Shown here in pieces: positions 15,226 to 22,821 of a DNA stretch of 64,000 bases (position 1 is its first letter; each line of letters opens with the position of its first letter). A model generated the notes under the pieces. That model had not been told where the DNA came from. It saw only the letters and a list, made by a program, of their open reading frames with translations, and searched no databases. Source of the stretch: a virus; the IMG/VR virus record IMGVR_UViG_3300044726_000156; one strand, written 5' to 3'. The translations under genes and the position numbers were made by a program.

Positions 15226-16022
15226 GCTGCTAGCTCCTGCGGTTGAAAGTGCCCTGCGGTCGCGCCGTGGGCAATGATGACCATGGACACGCGGGCCTTG
15301 GCTGATAGCCCGCCGCATGCCCGACATGTTGCGCAATCGGTGCGCTTGCCTGCCTCGGCGGATGCCGGACAGATAGCCTCGCGCCGGGCGAGCACAGGCT
15401 CGGACGCATGCCGCACCCTGAAGGTGCGCCATCCCTTGGCGTGCGCCTCCTCCAGGTCGCCGATGCTGTCGGCGCTGGCCATGCACAGGTGTTTGAACGC
15501 CGCGAAGCGTCCAAGCCGCCATTGGTGGGTGTAGCCGTTGATCGCCGCTGCCTTCAGCGTCGCACGCCTCCACAGCTGATAAGGCGCCGCCACCGGATCG
15601 CCATACGTGCCCGCCCTGAACGCGAGGCCGGCGAACAGGTCCGGCAATATCGCCGGATCATAGTCGATGCCCGGGCGGGCATACCTGCCGCGCTTGTAAG
15701 CCTCGAACACGCTGCGCACGCTCCGGCCGACGTTGACGTAGCAGGTCCGCCGTCCGGTCTCGGGATCCGGCCTGTGCAGGCAATCGCCGCACACGCTGGC
15801 ATCGAGTCCAAGCTTCAGCGCCGCGATCGGATCGACATCACTGCGAATGATGAAGCTCTGCGTCATGGCGCCGGTTTTGGCGTTGGTGCTGGCCTTGGTG
15901 ATCTTGTTGACGATCGCCACCACAGGCGCCCCATCGAGCATGCTCGGGCCTTCGTACAGGATGACGCCGCACCATGTCCCCTTGCGCAAGGCTGCGCGCA
16001 TTGCTGCCGCTGTCCTGATCAT
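15222..16022 (-). CDS. Cys-rich putative Fe-S / atypical radical-SAM-like phage protein (266 aa)
   Basis: Motifs NAKTG.M.Q, CGDC-x12-CYV, R.G.YGDP, GYTHQW, CMASAD and C-terminal CPAS-x8-CxxCxxC. Confidence 0.6.
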   Translation of the reverse strand: MIRTAAAMRAALRKGTWCGVILYEGPSMLDGAPVVAIVNKITKASTNAKTGAMTQSFIIRSDVDPIAALKLGLDASVCGDCLHRPDPETGRRTCYVNVGRSVRSVFEAYKRGRYARPGIDYDPAILPDLFAGLAFRAGTYGDPVAAPYQLWRRATLKAAAINGYTHQWRLGRFAAFKHLCMASADSIGDLEEAHAKGWRTFRVRHASEPVLARREAICPASAEAGKRTDCATCRACGGLSAKARVSMVIIAHGATAGHFQPQELAA

Positions 16023-16396
16023 CGCGCACGCCCTCCCAGCTGGGTGATGGTCGTGGGCACGACACCATCTTGCAGGATCGACAGCACGCCGCCGACGAGG
16101 TCGTTGTAGTCGTCGCCGTTCGGGCTGATCTCCAGCCGGTCAAGCTCGCTGTTGAAGCGGCCCACCCATGCGATGGTCGCCTCGACACGGGCCGTGTCGC
16201 TGTCCATCAAGGGATCGGGCGCCGGCTCCGGCGCCGGGCTGTGCTCGGCGACATAGCGATCGGCAAGGTCGGCCATGCGGGTAAGCTCGGCCCATGCCGA
16301 CTGCCTGCCCTTCTCCGACGTGCCGTTGCCGGCAACTTCCACCATCAGGCGCAGAACGCCCTTCCAGGTCGGCGTAATATCAACCGTGCGGGTCAT
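16019..16396 (-). CDS. Hypothetical early protein (125 aa)
   Basis: Common phage motif VDITPTW...ELTRMA.LAD. Confidence 0.75.
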   Translation of the reverse strand: MTRTVDITPTWKGVLRLMVEVAGNGTSEKGRQSAWAELTRMADLADRYVAEHSPAPEPAPDPLMDSDTARVEATIAWVGRFNSELDRLEISPNGDDYNDLVGGVLSILQDGVVPTTITQLGGRAR

Positions 16397-16653
16397 TGTC
16401 CGGCCTCCACGTCAAACGAGAACACCGCGCAATCGCAGGCGAGCACATAGCGGTGTGCGTCGTGAAAGCGCATGAAACCGGGGTGCCGGTCCTCCTCTTC
16501 GCTGCTGACGTCCACGCAATGGGCGCCGTTCGGGAAGGTGGCTGCAAACCATTGATCCATGGCTGCCTCCTCCTCGTCGCAATAGCCGGTGCGATCGCCG
16601 TAAATCATGCCGCACGCCCAATGCGCCGGCAGGTTGAAAAGCTCGATTCTCAT
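16393..16653 (-). CDS. Hypothetical early protein (86 aa)
   Basis: Motif LPAHWA..MIYGD.TG..DEEE...F...HDA...CDC..F.F; RBS region is a triple CAGGA repeat. Confidence 0.8.
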   Translation of the reverse strand: MRIELFNLPAHWACGMIYGDRTGYCDEEEAAMDQWFAATFPNGAHCVDVSSEEEDRHPGFMRFHDAHRYVLACDCAVFSFDVEAGQ

Positions 16654-16655
16654 GG

Positions 16656-16674
16656 TCCTGTTTCCTGTTTCCTG
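16656..16674 (-). promoter_or_regulatory. Tandem CAGGA(AA) repeat x3 over an RBS
   Basis: mRNA AAACAGGAAACAGGAAACAGGACCAUG, 7-nt period. Confidence 0.7.
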
Positions 16675-16687
16675 TTTGCTGTTGGTG

Positions 16688-17140
16688 TCACGCCGCGCGG
16701 ATCGCGGCGAGCAACTCGAGGGCGCGCGTGTGCGCCTCCTCGAGCATTTCGTTGGCCTGCTCTCGCAGGTGTGCGTTCGGGTTGCTCTCCCCGTTCGGGA
16801 AGTTCAATTCCAAGCCCCACAGGCTGCCCACGTCACCAAGCCGGAAGTCGGCCAGCGGGGTGGTCACCCATGCGGTGATGACGATGCCGCAATAGTGCCA
16901 CTCGTCGCGGTCCCAGGCATCGAGGATGCGCCGGTTTTCCGCGACGGTGACGGCCACCGCTGCGCTGTGCTCGGCGTCGCCGGCGGTGTCGAACACCCAG
17001 CCGGGGGCGTCGAATTCGTGCGGATCGCTGTCGGCGTCGGGCTGCAGCGTCGCCACGAAATACAAGCCCTGCTCAGCCTGGGTGGTGATGCTGTCGCCCA
17101 TGCAGGCGAAGGCATCAAAGTTGCGCGCGAATATGGTCAC
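16688..17140 (-). CDS. Hypothetical early protein (150 aa)
   Basis: GTG overlaps the upstream stop; motif AW.RDEWHYCGIVI...SLWGLE. Confidence 0.75.
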   Translation of the reverse strand: MTIFARNFDAFACMGDSITTQAEQGLYFVATLQPDADSDPHEFDAPGWVFDTAGDAEHSAAVAVTVAENRRILDAWDRDEWHYCGIVITAWVTTPLADFRLGDVGSLWGLELNFPNGESNPNAHLREQANEMLEEAHTRALELLAAIRAA

Positions 17141-17313
17141 GAGCGAAAATCCCCCCTGTTGAAAAGCCGGTCGATTTCTTGGTCGGCGATAGCCTCGGCC
17201 AGTTCGGCCAGCGCCTCGCTGATCCGCGCCGCGTCCTGGTGGCTGAGCTGCAGGACATCCCGCAAAACAGCATCCAGCGCGTCGCTCTTCTCGCTGATGT
17301 GGCGATAGCTCAT
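17137..17313 (-). CDS. Hypothetical early protein (58 aa)
   Basis: GGAG RBS; ATGA overlap. Confidence 0.65.
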   Translation of the reverse strand: MSYRHISEKSDALDAVLRDVLQLSHQDAARISEALAELAEAIADQEIDRLFNRGDFRS

Positions 17314-17600
17314 GGCTGCGGCTCCCCGATGCATGCCACGCCATCGGCGAACGGCCGGAGCGTCTGCACGCTCCACGTCCCCATGGCGCAATCGTCCTCG
17401 GCGGCGGCGCCCCGGACGTGGCTGGCTGCGAGCATCGCAACGCATGCGATGAACGCGAGCACTAGCGCCATGGTCAGGGATCTCGTTTCGATATCTTTCA
17501 CGGGCGAATCCTTTCGCTGTTGGTGTTGGTTGTGGTCGGAGATAGCCGCCGCGATCGACAATCCGATCGCGGCCGCTGCAATTACGATTTCGTGGGTCAT
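17310..17600 (-). CDS. Hypothetical protein with two hydrophobic segments (96 aa)
   Basis: GGAGG RBS; ATGA overlap. Confidence 0.6.
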   Translation of the reverse strand: MTHEIVIAAAAIGLSIAAAISDHNQHQQRKDSPVKDIETRSLTMALVLAFIACVAMLAASHVRGAAAEDDCAMGTWSVQTLRPFADGVACIGEPQP

Positions 17601-18874
17601 GCCCGCGCCTCCCGCCAAGCCGCTTCCGCCCATGCCTGGGGCGTCGTGCCGCTCTCGTAAGCCTCGCGGGCCACGCCGAAACCCGGATGCGACATGCGCC
17701 GCAACGAAGCCTCGGCGTTGGCGAGGCGCCACCAAGCCATCAGTCCGGTGGTGCGCTTGGTGATCTCGGTGCCCTCACGCCGGAGCCGCGCGACCTCGAT
17801 GTCATCGGCGATGATCAGCGCCGCGACCTCGGGCGTGTCGCCGTCGGCGAACAGGTCGTGCGCGAAGTCGATCGAATAGCCGTCGGTGGCTTGGTCGCCG
17901 TCCAGGTCCTCGATGCCGACGAGGCGCTCGACGGCCTTGCACCATGCGAACCAAGCGCGATCGCTGGCGGTGTCGGCGCCGCTCTCGCGCTCGATGCTCT
18001 CGGGGCTGAACGGGTGGTCGGACAGATCGACCTCGGCGGCCTCAAGCGCCGGCAGCGCCGGCGCCGTAAGCTGCTGCACAAACTTGACGCCGGACGCGCA
18101 AGGCCCCGACTGCGGCTGCTGATGCGTGCCGATCGCCGGCAGCTCGCACAGGAAATCGTAAGCCTCGCCCCACGCCGCGAACGGCCCATAATAGCGGGTG
18201 TCGAGCACTAGCGTGTTGTGCGGCCGGTAGACCACCATGAACGCCGGCGCGACCGGCTCCATGATCTCGACCTCGGCGGCCTCAAGCGCCGGGGTCGGGT
18301 CGGTGATCATGGCCACAAGGTTGGCGTCGTTGATCGCCGCGTCGGCTGCGACCTCGGCATTGGCGAGCCAAGCCCGAAACAGCATGCGGACCGGGAGGCC
18401 CATCTTGTCTGCCCGCTCGACCGCCGCGCGAACCTGGGCGGCGCCGATGCCGGCGTCGGCGAGCACGCGGGCATAGGCGCCGGTGTCCGCCTCGATTTCG
18501 TGCAACTCGCCGGCTGCGACCGTGACGGCCAGCGGCCAAGCCCACGCAAGCCCGACAACCTCCAGGCTGGTCGGCTCGCTGAACTCGCGAATGCGGAAGC
18601 CGTCCTCGTCGCGGCCGGTGACGACACCGTAATAGGCGCGATCGCGAATGATCAGCGTGTCGCCGGTCTTGATGTCCTCGTCGCACTGGCAGGCGTCGTA
18701 TGCGTCGCCGGTGCTGTCGAACTCGTGGACGCCTTCCTCGCCGGCGTTGTCGTGAATGAACGCGAGCGCCTGGGCGATCGTGTCGAAGGCGGCGAGCCAC
18801 TCGTCGCGCTGGCTGTAAACCTCATAGGCGCCGGCGGTGGCATCGAAGCGAACGTTGGCATGCAGGGTATTCAT
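17597..18874 (-). CDS. Modular early protein (425 aa), first gene after the early promoter
   Basis: AGGAGG RBS; internal exact 26-bp direct repeat; several acidic modules. Confidence 0.8.
   Translation of the reverse strand: MNTLHANVRFDATAGAYEVYSQRDEWLAAFDTIAQALAFIHDNAGEEGVHEFDSTGDAYDACQCDEDIKTGDTLIIRDRAYYGVVTGRDEDGFRIREFSEPTSLEVVGLAWAWPLAVTVAAGELHEIEADTGAYARVLADAGIGAAQVRAAVERADKMGLPVRMLFRAWLANAEVAADAAINDANLVAMITDPTPALEAAEVEIMEPVAPAFMVVYRPHNTLVLDTRYYGPFAAWGEAYDFLCELPAIGTHQQPQSGPCASGVKFVQQLTAPALPALEAAEVDLSDHPFSPESIERESGADTASDRAWFAWCKAVERLVGIEDLDGDQATDGYSIDFAHDLFADGDTPEVAALIIADDIEVARLRREGTEITKRTTGLMAWWRLANAEASLRRMSHPGFGVAREAYESGTTPQAWAEAAWREARA
18027..18292. repeat. Exact 26-bp direct repeat TCGACCTCGGCGGCCTCAAGCGCCGG (18027-18052 and 18267-18292)
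   Basis: Both copies encode PALEAAEV and bracket an in-frame 240-bp unit. Confidence 0.9.
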
Positions 18875-18938
18875 GGTCGGGTGGCCTCCTCGGCCGGTCG
18901 GGGTTGGTCTGGCGGCGCCGCCCGGTCGGTGGCGCCTG

Positions 18939-18973
18939 ATGTGGTTCTAGTGCCACCGCTCCGACGCTGTCAA
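18939..18973 (-). promoter_or_regulatory. Sigma70-type promoter for the leftward early block
   Basis: TTGACA (18968-18973)-N17-CTAGAA, with A-tracts upstream. Confidence 0.7.
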
Positions 18974-19037
18974 CCCTATGTTTTCCGGGCTTTTTGGCGC
19001 CCTCGGCGCCCTCGTCGGCGGCGCCTGGGCGCACGCG

Positions 19038-19067
19038 CCCTCGCGCGCGCGAGCGCGCGCGCGAGGG
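19038..19067. other. 13-bp CG-alternating hairpin CCCTCGCGCGCGC-GAGC-GCGCGCGCGAGGG
   Basis: Perfect inverted repeat in an intergenic region. Confidence 0.8.
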
Positions 19068-19077
19068 CCGAGCCTCC

Positions 19078-19381
19078 AGCAAGTTTTGCGAGCCGAACCC
19101 TAAAGCAAGTTATGCGAGCCGAACGTCATTCTCGCTCGCCGGTCGGCACCATATGCACCACCTCGATCGAGTTGAGCCGGATCCAGTGCGATCCGCCGTT
19201 CTCTGCCCTGATCTTGAGCCAGCCGTCGTTGCTGGACAGGGCGACCACATCGGCATCGAATTCCCAACCGCTGTTGGTGCGCCCTTCAATGTGGGCGCCA
19301 CCGGCCTGCGTCAGGCTGTTCAGTTCTTCCCATGGCGTAGGCATTGGCGTGCTCCTTCATCCAGCAAGTTATGCGAGCCGA
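19078..19381. repeat. Three copies of AGCAAGTT(A/T)TGCGAGCCGA
   Basis: Copies at 19078, 19104 and 19363; the last two sit immediately 3' of the stops of the two Sm-like genes. Confidence 0.88.
19126..19344 (-). CDS. Sm/LSm/Hfq-fold-like small protein A (72 aa)
   Basis: N-terminal helix followed by beta strands: IEGRTNSG-WEFDADV...GWLKI...HWIRLNSIEVV; AAGGAG RBS. Confidence 0.6.
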   Translation of the reverse strand: MPTPWEELNSLTQAGGAHIEGRTNSGWEFDADVVALSSNDGWLKIRAENGGSHWIRLNSIEVVHMVPTGERE

Positions 19382-19594
19382 TCACTGACCGTCCGGCTCA
19401 AGCTCCCAGGTCACGATGGCGTCCATGTTCAGCCAGAACACGCTGATCCCCCGCTCGAGCTTGACCCATCCCTCGACCACATCGATCACGTTGCCGCGGG
19501 CCTCTTTCCCGTCGACGGTGGTGACGATCGCATCCACTCGTCTGCCCTTCGACAGCCGGTCTTTCACCTCACCCCATAGGTTCTTCGTAGCCAT
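19382..19594 (-). CDS. Sm/LSm/Hfq-fold-like small protein B (70 aa)
   Basis: AIVTTVDGKEARGNVIDV..GWVKL...FWLNMDAIVTW parallels Hfq [25 protein letters not shown]...MVYKHAISTV; GAGAGGA RBS. Confidence 0.62.
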   Translation of the reverse strand: MATKNLWGEVKDRLSKGRRVDAIVTTVDGKEARGNVIDVVEGWVKLERGISVFWLNMDAIVTWELEPDGQ

Positions 19595-19655
19595 GTTTAG
19601 TCCTCTCTGGTTGGCGCTCACACCGGGCGGCGACGTGGGCGGCGATTTCGCGATT

Positions 19656-19830
19656 TGGCCCTACGGCCCTCTCTCGCGTGCGCGCGTTACGCGAGAAACA
19701 TTTTTATGTATTTGTTACACTCTTAGGTACTTACACTAGGGCCACAGGGCCACCGCGCTTGCAAAGTCAATGATATCAATTGGTTACCTCTGGCCCTGTT
19801 TTTGGCCCTTGGCCCTTGTCTGCAGGGCCA
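19656..19830. other. Putative replication origin: eight TGGCCCT-type iterons around an AT-rich core
   Basis: Forward copies at 19656, 19664 (variant), 19791, 19803, 19810; reverse copies at 19738, 19746, 19824. TTACACT x2 (19715, 19731); AT-rich 19695-19737. Overlaps the 3' end of the primase-helicase gene. Confidence 0.6.
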
Positions 19831-22400
19831 CCTCGCTCCTTGCCTCCGTTGATGACCCTGAATTTGTCAGCTAAAGTCTCAATTTTGATTGCGGCTTCGC
19901 TTTTTGCGATCTCCGCGCCTATTGCGGCGGCCCTCCACCCCGCCAACAGGGCCACATTCCGCGCCTCCAGCGTGTACACTCTTTCGCGTTTTGGACTGGG
20001 TGACGAACCTGTTTTTGGCCTGAAACTGCGCACGTCCAAACCGCCATCGCGTTGTTCGCGCAGCACAGTGCAATAGTGCCTGAACGCGGCGTCGAACCTC
20101 TTGTCGAACGTCACGTCGTTGCCCATCGGCGTCGTCTCCATTCGGCTGACCGCATAGGCGCGGGCCTGCGACTTGGTGAACATCCGTCCGAACTCCCCCG
20201 CCATCTCGGCGAAGACCACGTCAAGCTCGGTTTCCGACAGCGCCTGCATGCGCGCCTTGGCCGCGAATATCGGCGGCGGTGCATATGGCATGAAGCGCGA
20301 CAGGTCGCGGCGTTCGCACCACCGCGCGAAGGCGGCCGCCGCGCCTGGCTGGTTGATCAGCGCATAGAAGCGCGTCGCCTCGTCCGGCGTCAGCGGCCGG
20401 CCGTTGGAGATCACACCGAACCGCCTGTCGCCCGGCGGCACCGCCACGGCGGCCTGATGGTTCGACGCGATGTCCATCGGCGCATAGTCGAACTCCTCGA
20501 ACGGCTTGCCGAACTTGACGTTGAAGGTGCGCCAGCGCGGCGTCGGGTCGACCATTGTCTTGAGCAGCTCATAGGTGGCGTTGCCGCCCTTCATGGTGGT
20601 CTGCTCCGGCGTCGTCTTGGCCTCGTCGATCGTGATCAGCCGCTTGAACGCTTTCCACGCCGTGAAGTCGCCCTGCTTGTTCTGGCCGACCACCACGCTG
20701 AAATCCTGATTGCGGACGTATTGCCGGCCCCACAGCGTCGCCATGAAGTCGAACCAGCCGGACCGTCCGGTGCCGTAATCCGAACCGATGGCGCTGACGG
20801 CGCCGTGCGCGACCATCACCACGCTCGGCCCCGGAATTGCTGGGTATATCCAGCGGTGCGCGGTGACGTCGAGATACCATTCTCGCTCGGCGCGGTCGGG
20901 GATGAAGATCGGAAAGAACGTGCCGATCAGCCACGATATGTCGGCGTCGCCGTGATGCACCGGCTGCTTCCAGGCGTTCTTGAAAAGCTCGCCGCGGTCT
21001 TCGTAGAGCGGGAATTCGCGGTCCGGCCGGAACCGCGTTCCGACCACGCTGATGCGCAGCGGATGCGTGCGCCAGACCTGCGACACCGGCGTCGGCTTGA
21101 CCGTCGGGCGCGGCGGCGGGAAGCGGTAGGCGGCGTAGCGGTGGTGGAAGGTCTCGAGATCGACATGCGCCGCCTCGATGTTGGTGGCCTCGAGCTTCAC
21201 CACCTTACCGGCGTGGTAGTCGAAGGCGTAGTGCATCAGCAGAAACTCGAGCGCCGTTTCCGGTGTCGCGTCAGGCGCGAGCTGCGGCGTCGCTGGCGGC
21301 TCTGGCTGCGGCGGCTGCAGCTTGCGTAGAGCCTCGCGCAGCTTGTCGGGGATCTCGAAGGCCGGCGCCGGCTCGTCGTCGGCCATATAGTGCCTGCGCC
21401 CGTTGGCCGCCCAGTTGAGCACCATCACATGGCCGGCGGTCGAGACGTAGAGCTTGCAGTTGGCCATCGATTGCGACTGTGCGACCGTCGACGGCAGGCA
21501 GCCGTAGAGGCCGTGCTCGGCGCCCCACTCGAGACCCCCTGCGAGTTCGGAAATGGCCCCCGGCTCGCCGTCCTTGGGATAGAACACCGTGTCCGGTGTC
21601 AGGTCGTAGGCGGTGTCGCCGCCGGCGTCGGTGGGCGCGTCCGGTATCAGCGTCAGGTGTTGAGCAAGGATAGCATCGGCGCGGTCGATCAGCAGCGCCG
21701 GATCCATCGGCAGCATGGGCAGATCGTCGACATGCGTGTTCCATGGCGCGCGATCGCCGCAATGATAGTCGCGGCCGGGTGAGTGCGGGCCTTCGTACTG
21801 GAAGAAGCGGCCTCGGCTGAGCGGCCCGTAGATCTCGACCTTCTGCGGGTCGAGCCGCTTGACCAGGTCGCGGATCAGCGCGAGCCGATCGGCATCGTCC
21901 TCGATGTTGTTGACCGGCATCGCATAGGCCGCGGCAAGCTCCGGCAGCAGCTCCGGGTGGGCCGTGTAGGAGCGCGTCTTGTATTGGGCGAACGGCGTTG
22001 CGGTCTGCCAGAAGATCGCTTCAGAGACCCGCCCAGAGCCGCGCACGATGGCCTTCTCGTAGGCGTCCTCGTCGAGGTGGTAGAGATCCTCGAGGATCAG
22101 GTCGGCGATCTCAGGGATCGTAATGTCGGCGTCGTAGACCGCCAGCTTGCCGACCACGCGCACCGCCGTGCCGGCATAATATTCCGATCTCCACTCCTTC
22201 AGCGCCTCGATGTCGGCGACGCCGCAGGCCAGCTTGGGCCACCCGAAACAGCCCTTCTTGTGCAGCGCCGGGCATTGCGACCAGCCGTTGGCTGCCGCTG
22301 CGGAACGGTGCTCCTTCAAGGGGTGGGTGTTGATACGTTTGATTTTTGGCTGTAAGGCAATAGCCACTGATGTGTCCTTTCTTAGCGGTTGGGCCGTCAT
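19776..22400 (-). CDS. Primase-polymerase / SF3 helicase (DUF5906-like) replication protein
   Basis: 874 aa; N-terminal prim-pol-like region (YDADI), Walker A GTGRS, Walker B LITIDE, sensor IASNH and DRRF. Confidence 0.8.
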   Translation of the reverse strand: MTAQPLRKDTSVAIALQPKIKRINTHPLKEHRSAAAANGWSQCPALHKKGCFGWPKLACGVADIEALKEWRSEYYAGTAVRVVGKLAVYDADITIPEIADLILEDLYHLDEDAYEKAIVRGSGRVSEAIFWQTATPFAQYKTRSYTAHPELLPELAAAYAMPVNNIEDDADRLALIRDLVKRLDPQKVEIYGPLSRGRFFQYEGPHSPGRDYHCGDRAPWNTHVDDLPMLPMDPALLIDRADAILAQHLTLIPDAPTDAGGDTAYDLTPDTVFYPKDGEPGAISELAGGLEWGAEHGLYGCLPSTVAQSQSMANCKLYVSTAGHVMVLNWAANGRRHYMADDEPAPAFEIPDKLREALRKLQPPQPEPPATPQLAPDATPETALEFLLMHYAFDYHAGKVVKLEATNIEAAHVDLETFHHRYAAYRFPPPRPTVKPTPVSQVWRTHPLRISVVGTRFRPDREFPLYEDRGELFKNAWKQPVHHGDADISWLIGTFFPIFIPDRAEREWYLDVTAHRWIYPAIPGPSVVMVAHGAVSAIGSDYGTGRSGWFDFMATLWGRQYVRNQDFSVVVGQNKQGDFTAWKAFKRLITIDEAKTTPEQTTMKGGNATYELLKTMVDPTPRWRTFNVKFGKPFEEFDYAPMDIASNHQAAVAVPPGDRRFGVISNGRPLTPDEATRFYALINQPGAAAAFARWCERRDLSRFMPYAPPPIFAAKARMQALSETELDVVFAEMAGEFGRMFTKSQARAYAVSRMETTPMGNDVTFDKRFDAAFRHYCTVLREQRDGGLDVRSFRPKTGSSPSPKRERVYTLEARNVALLAGWRAAAIGAEIAKSEAAIKIETLADKFRVINGGKERGGPADKGQGPKTGPEVTN

Positions 22401-22403
22401 ATT

Positions 22404-22435
22404 GGCCGGGCCGACGTTCTCACCGTCGCCCGGCC
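22404..22435 (-). promoter_or_regulatory. 12-bp hairpin occluding the primase-helicase RBS
   Basis: mRNA GGCCGGG-CGACG-GUGAGAA-CGUCG-G-CCCGGCC-AAU-AUG. Confidence 0.6.
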
Positions 22436-22450
22436 GCTCTGTTTCTTGGT

Positions 22451-22774
22451 CTAGGGTAACGTTGAAACGGATGTCTTGTGTACGCCTCCGGCGAGCACCC
22501 GGTCAACGTCGGCTAAGGTCTTCACCACCGCCACATTCGCCCCCAGCTCTCTATACGTTGTGTGCCGCGTTCGCTGGTGAGGCGAGATGCGCGATCGACG
22601 CGGCTTTTTACACTCCACAAAAATAATTCGGCCTCCCGGCAGCACGACCAGACGGTCGTAGAAGCCGCGCGAGCCGATCACCGTCACCTTCTCGGCGACG
22701 CCGCCCATCGCCTCGACCTGGCTGACGAGATAGTCCTCTACAACCGATTCTTTTACGCTTGACGTGTGTGTCAT
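22451..22774 (-). CDS. VRR-NUC domain nuclease (Holliday-junction resolvase-like)
   Basis: ESVVEDYL...GG...K...G..G.YDRLVVLPGG..IFVECK.P...Q; PD-(D/E)XK fold. Confidence 0.88.
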   Translation of the reverse strand: MTHTSSVKESVVEDYLVSQVEAMGGVAEKVTVIGSRGFYDRLVVLPGGRIIFVECKKPRRSRISPHQRTRHTTYRELGANVAVVKTLADVDRVLAGGVHKTSVSTLP

Positions 22775-22787
22775 AGTGCATCTATAT
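22758..22787 (+). promoter_or_regulatory. Sigma70 promoter for the rightward middle/replication block
   Basis: CTTGAC-N18-CTATAT, matching the rhizobial RpoD-type consensus as recalled. Confidence 0.8.
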
Positions 22788-22821
22788 CGGGTTTCGACAA
22801 AGAGCAAACAGGAATCAGGAA

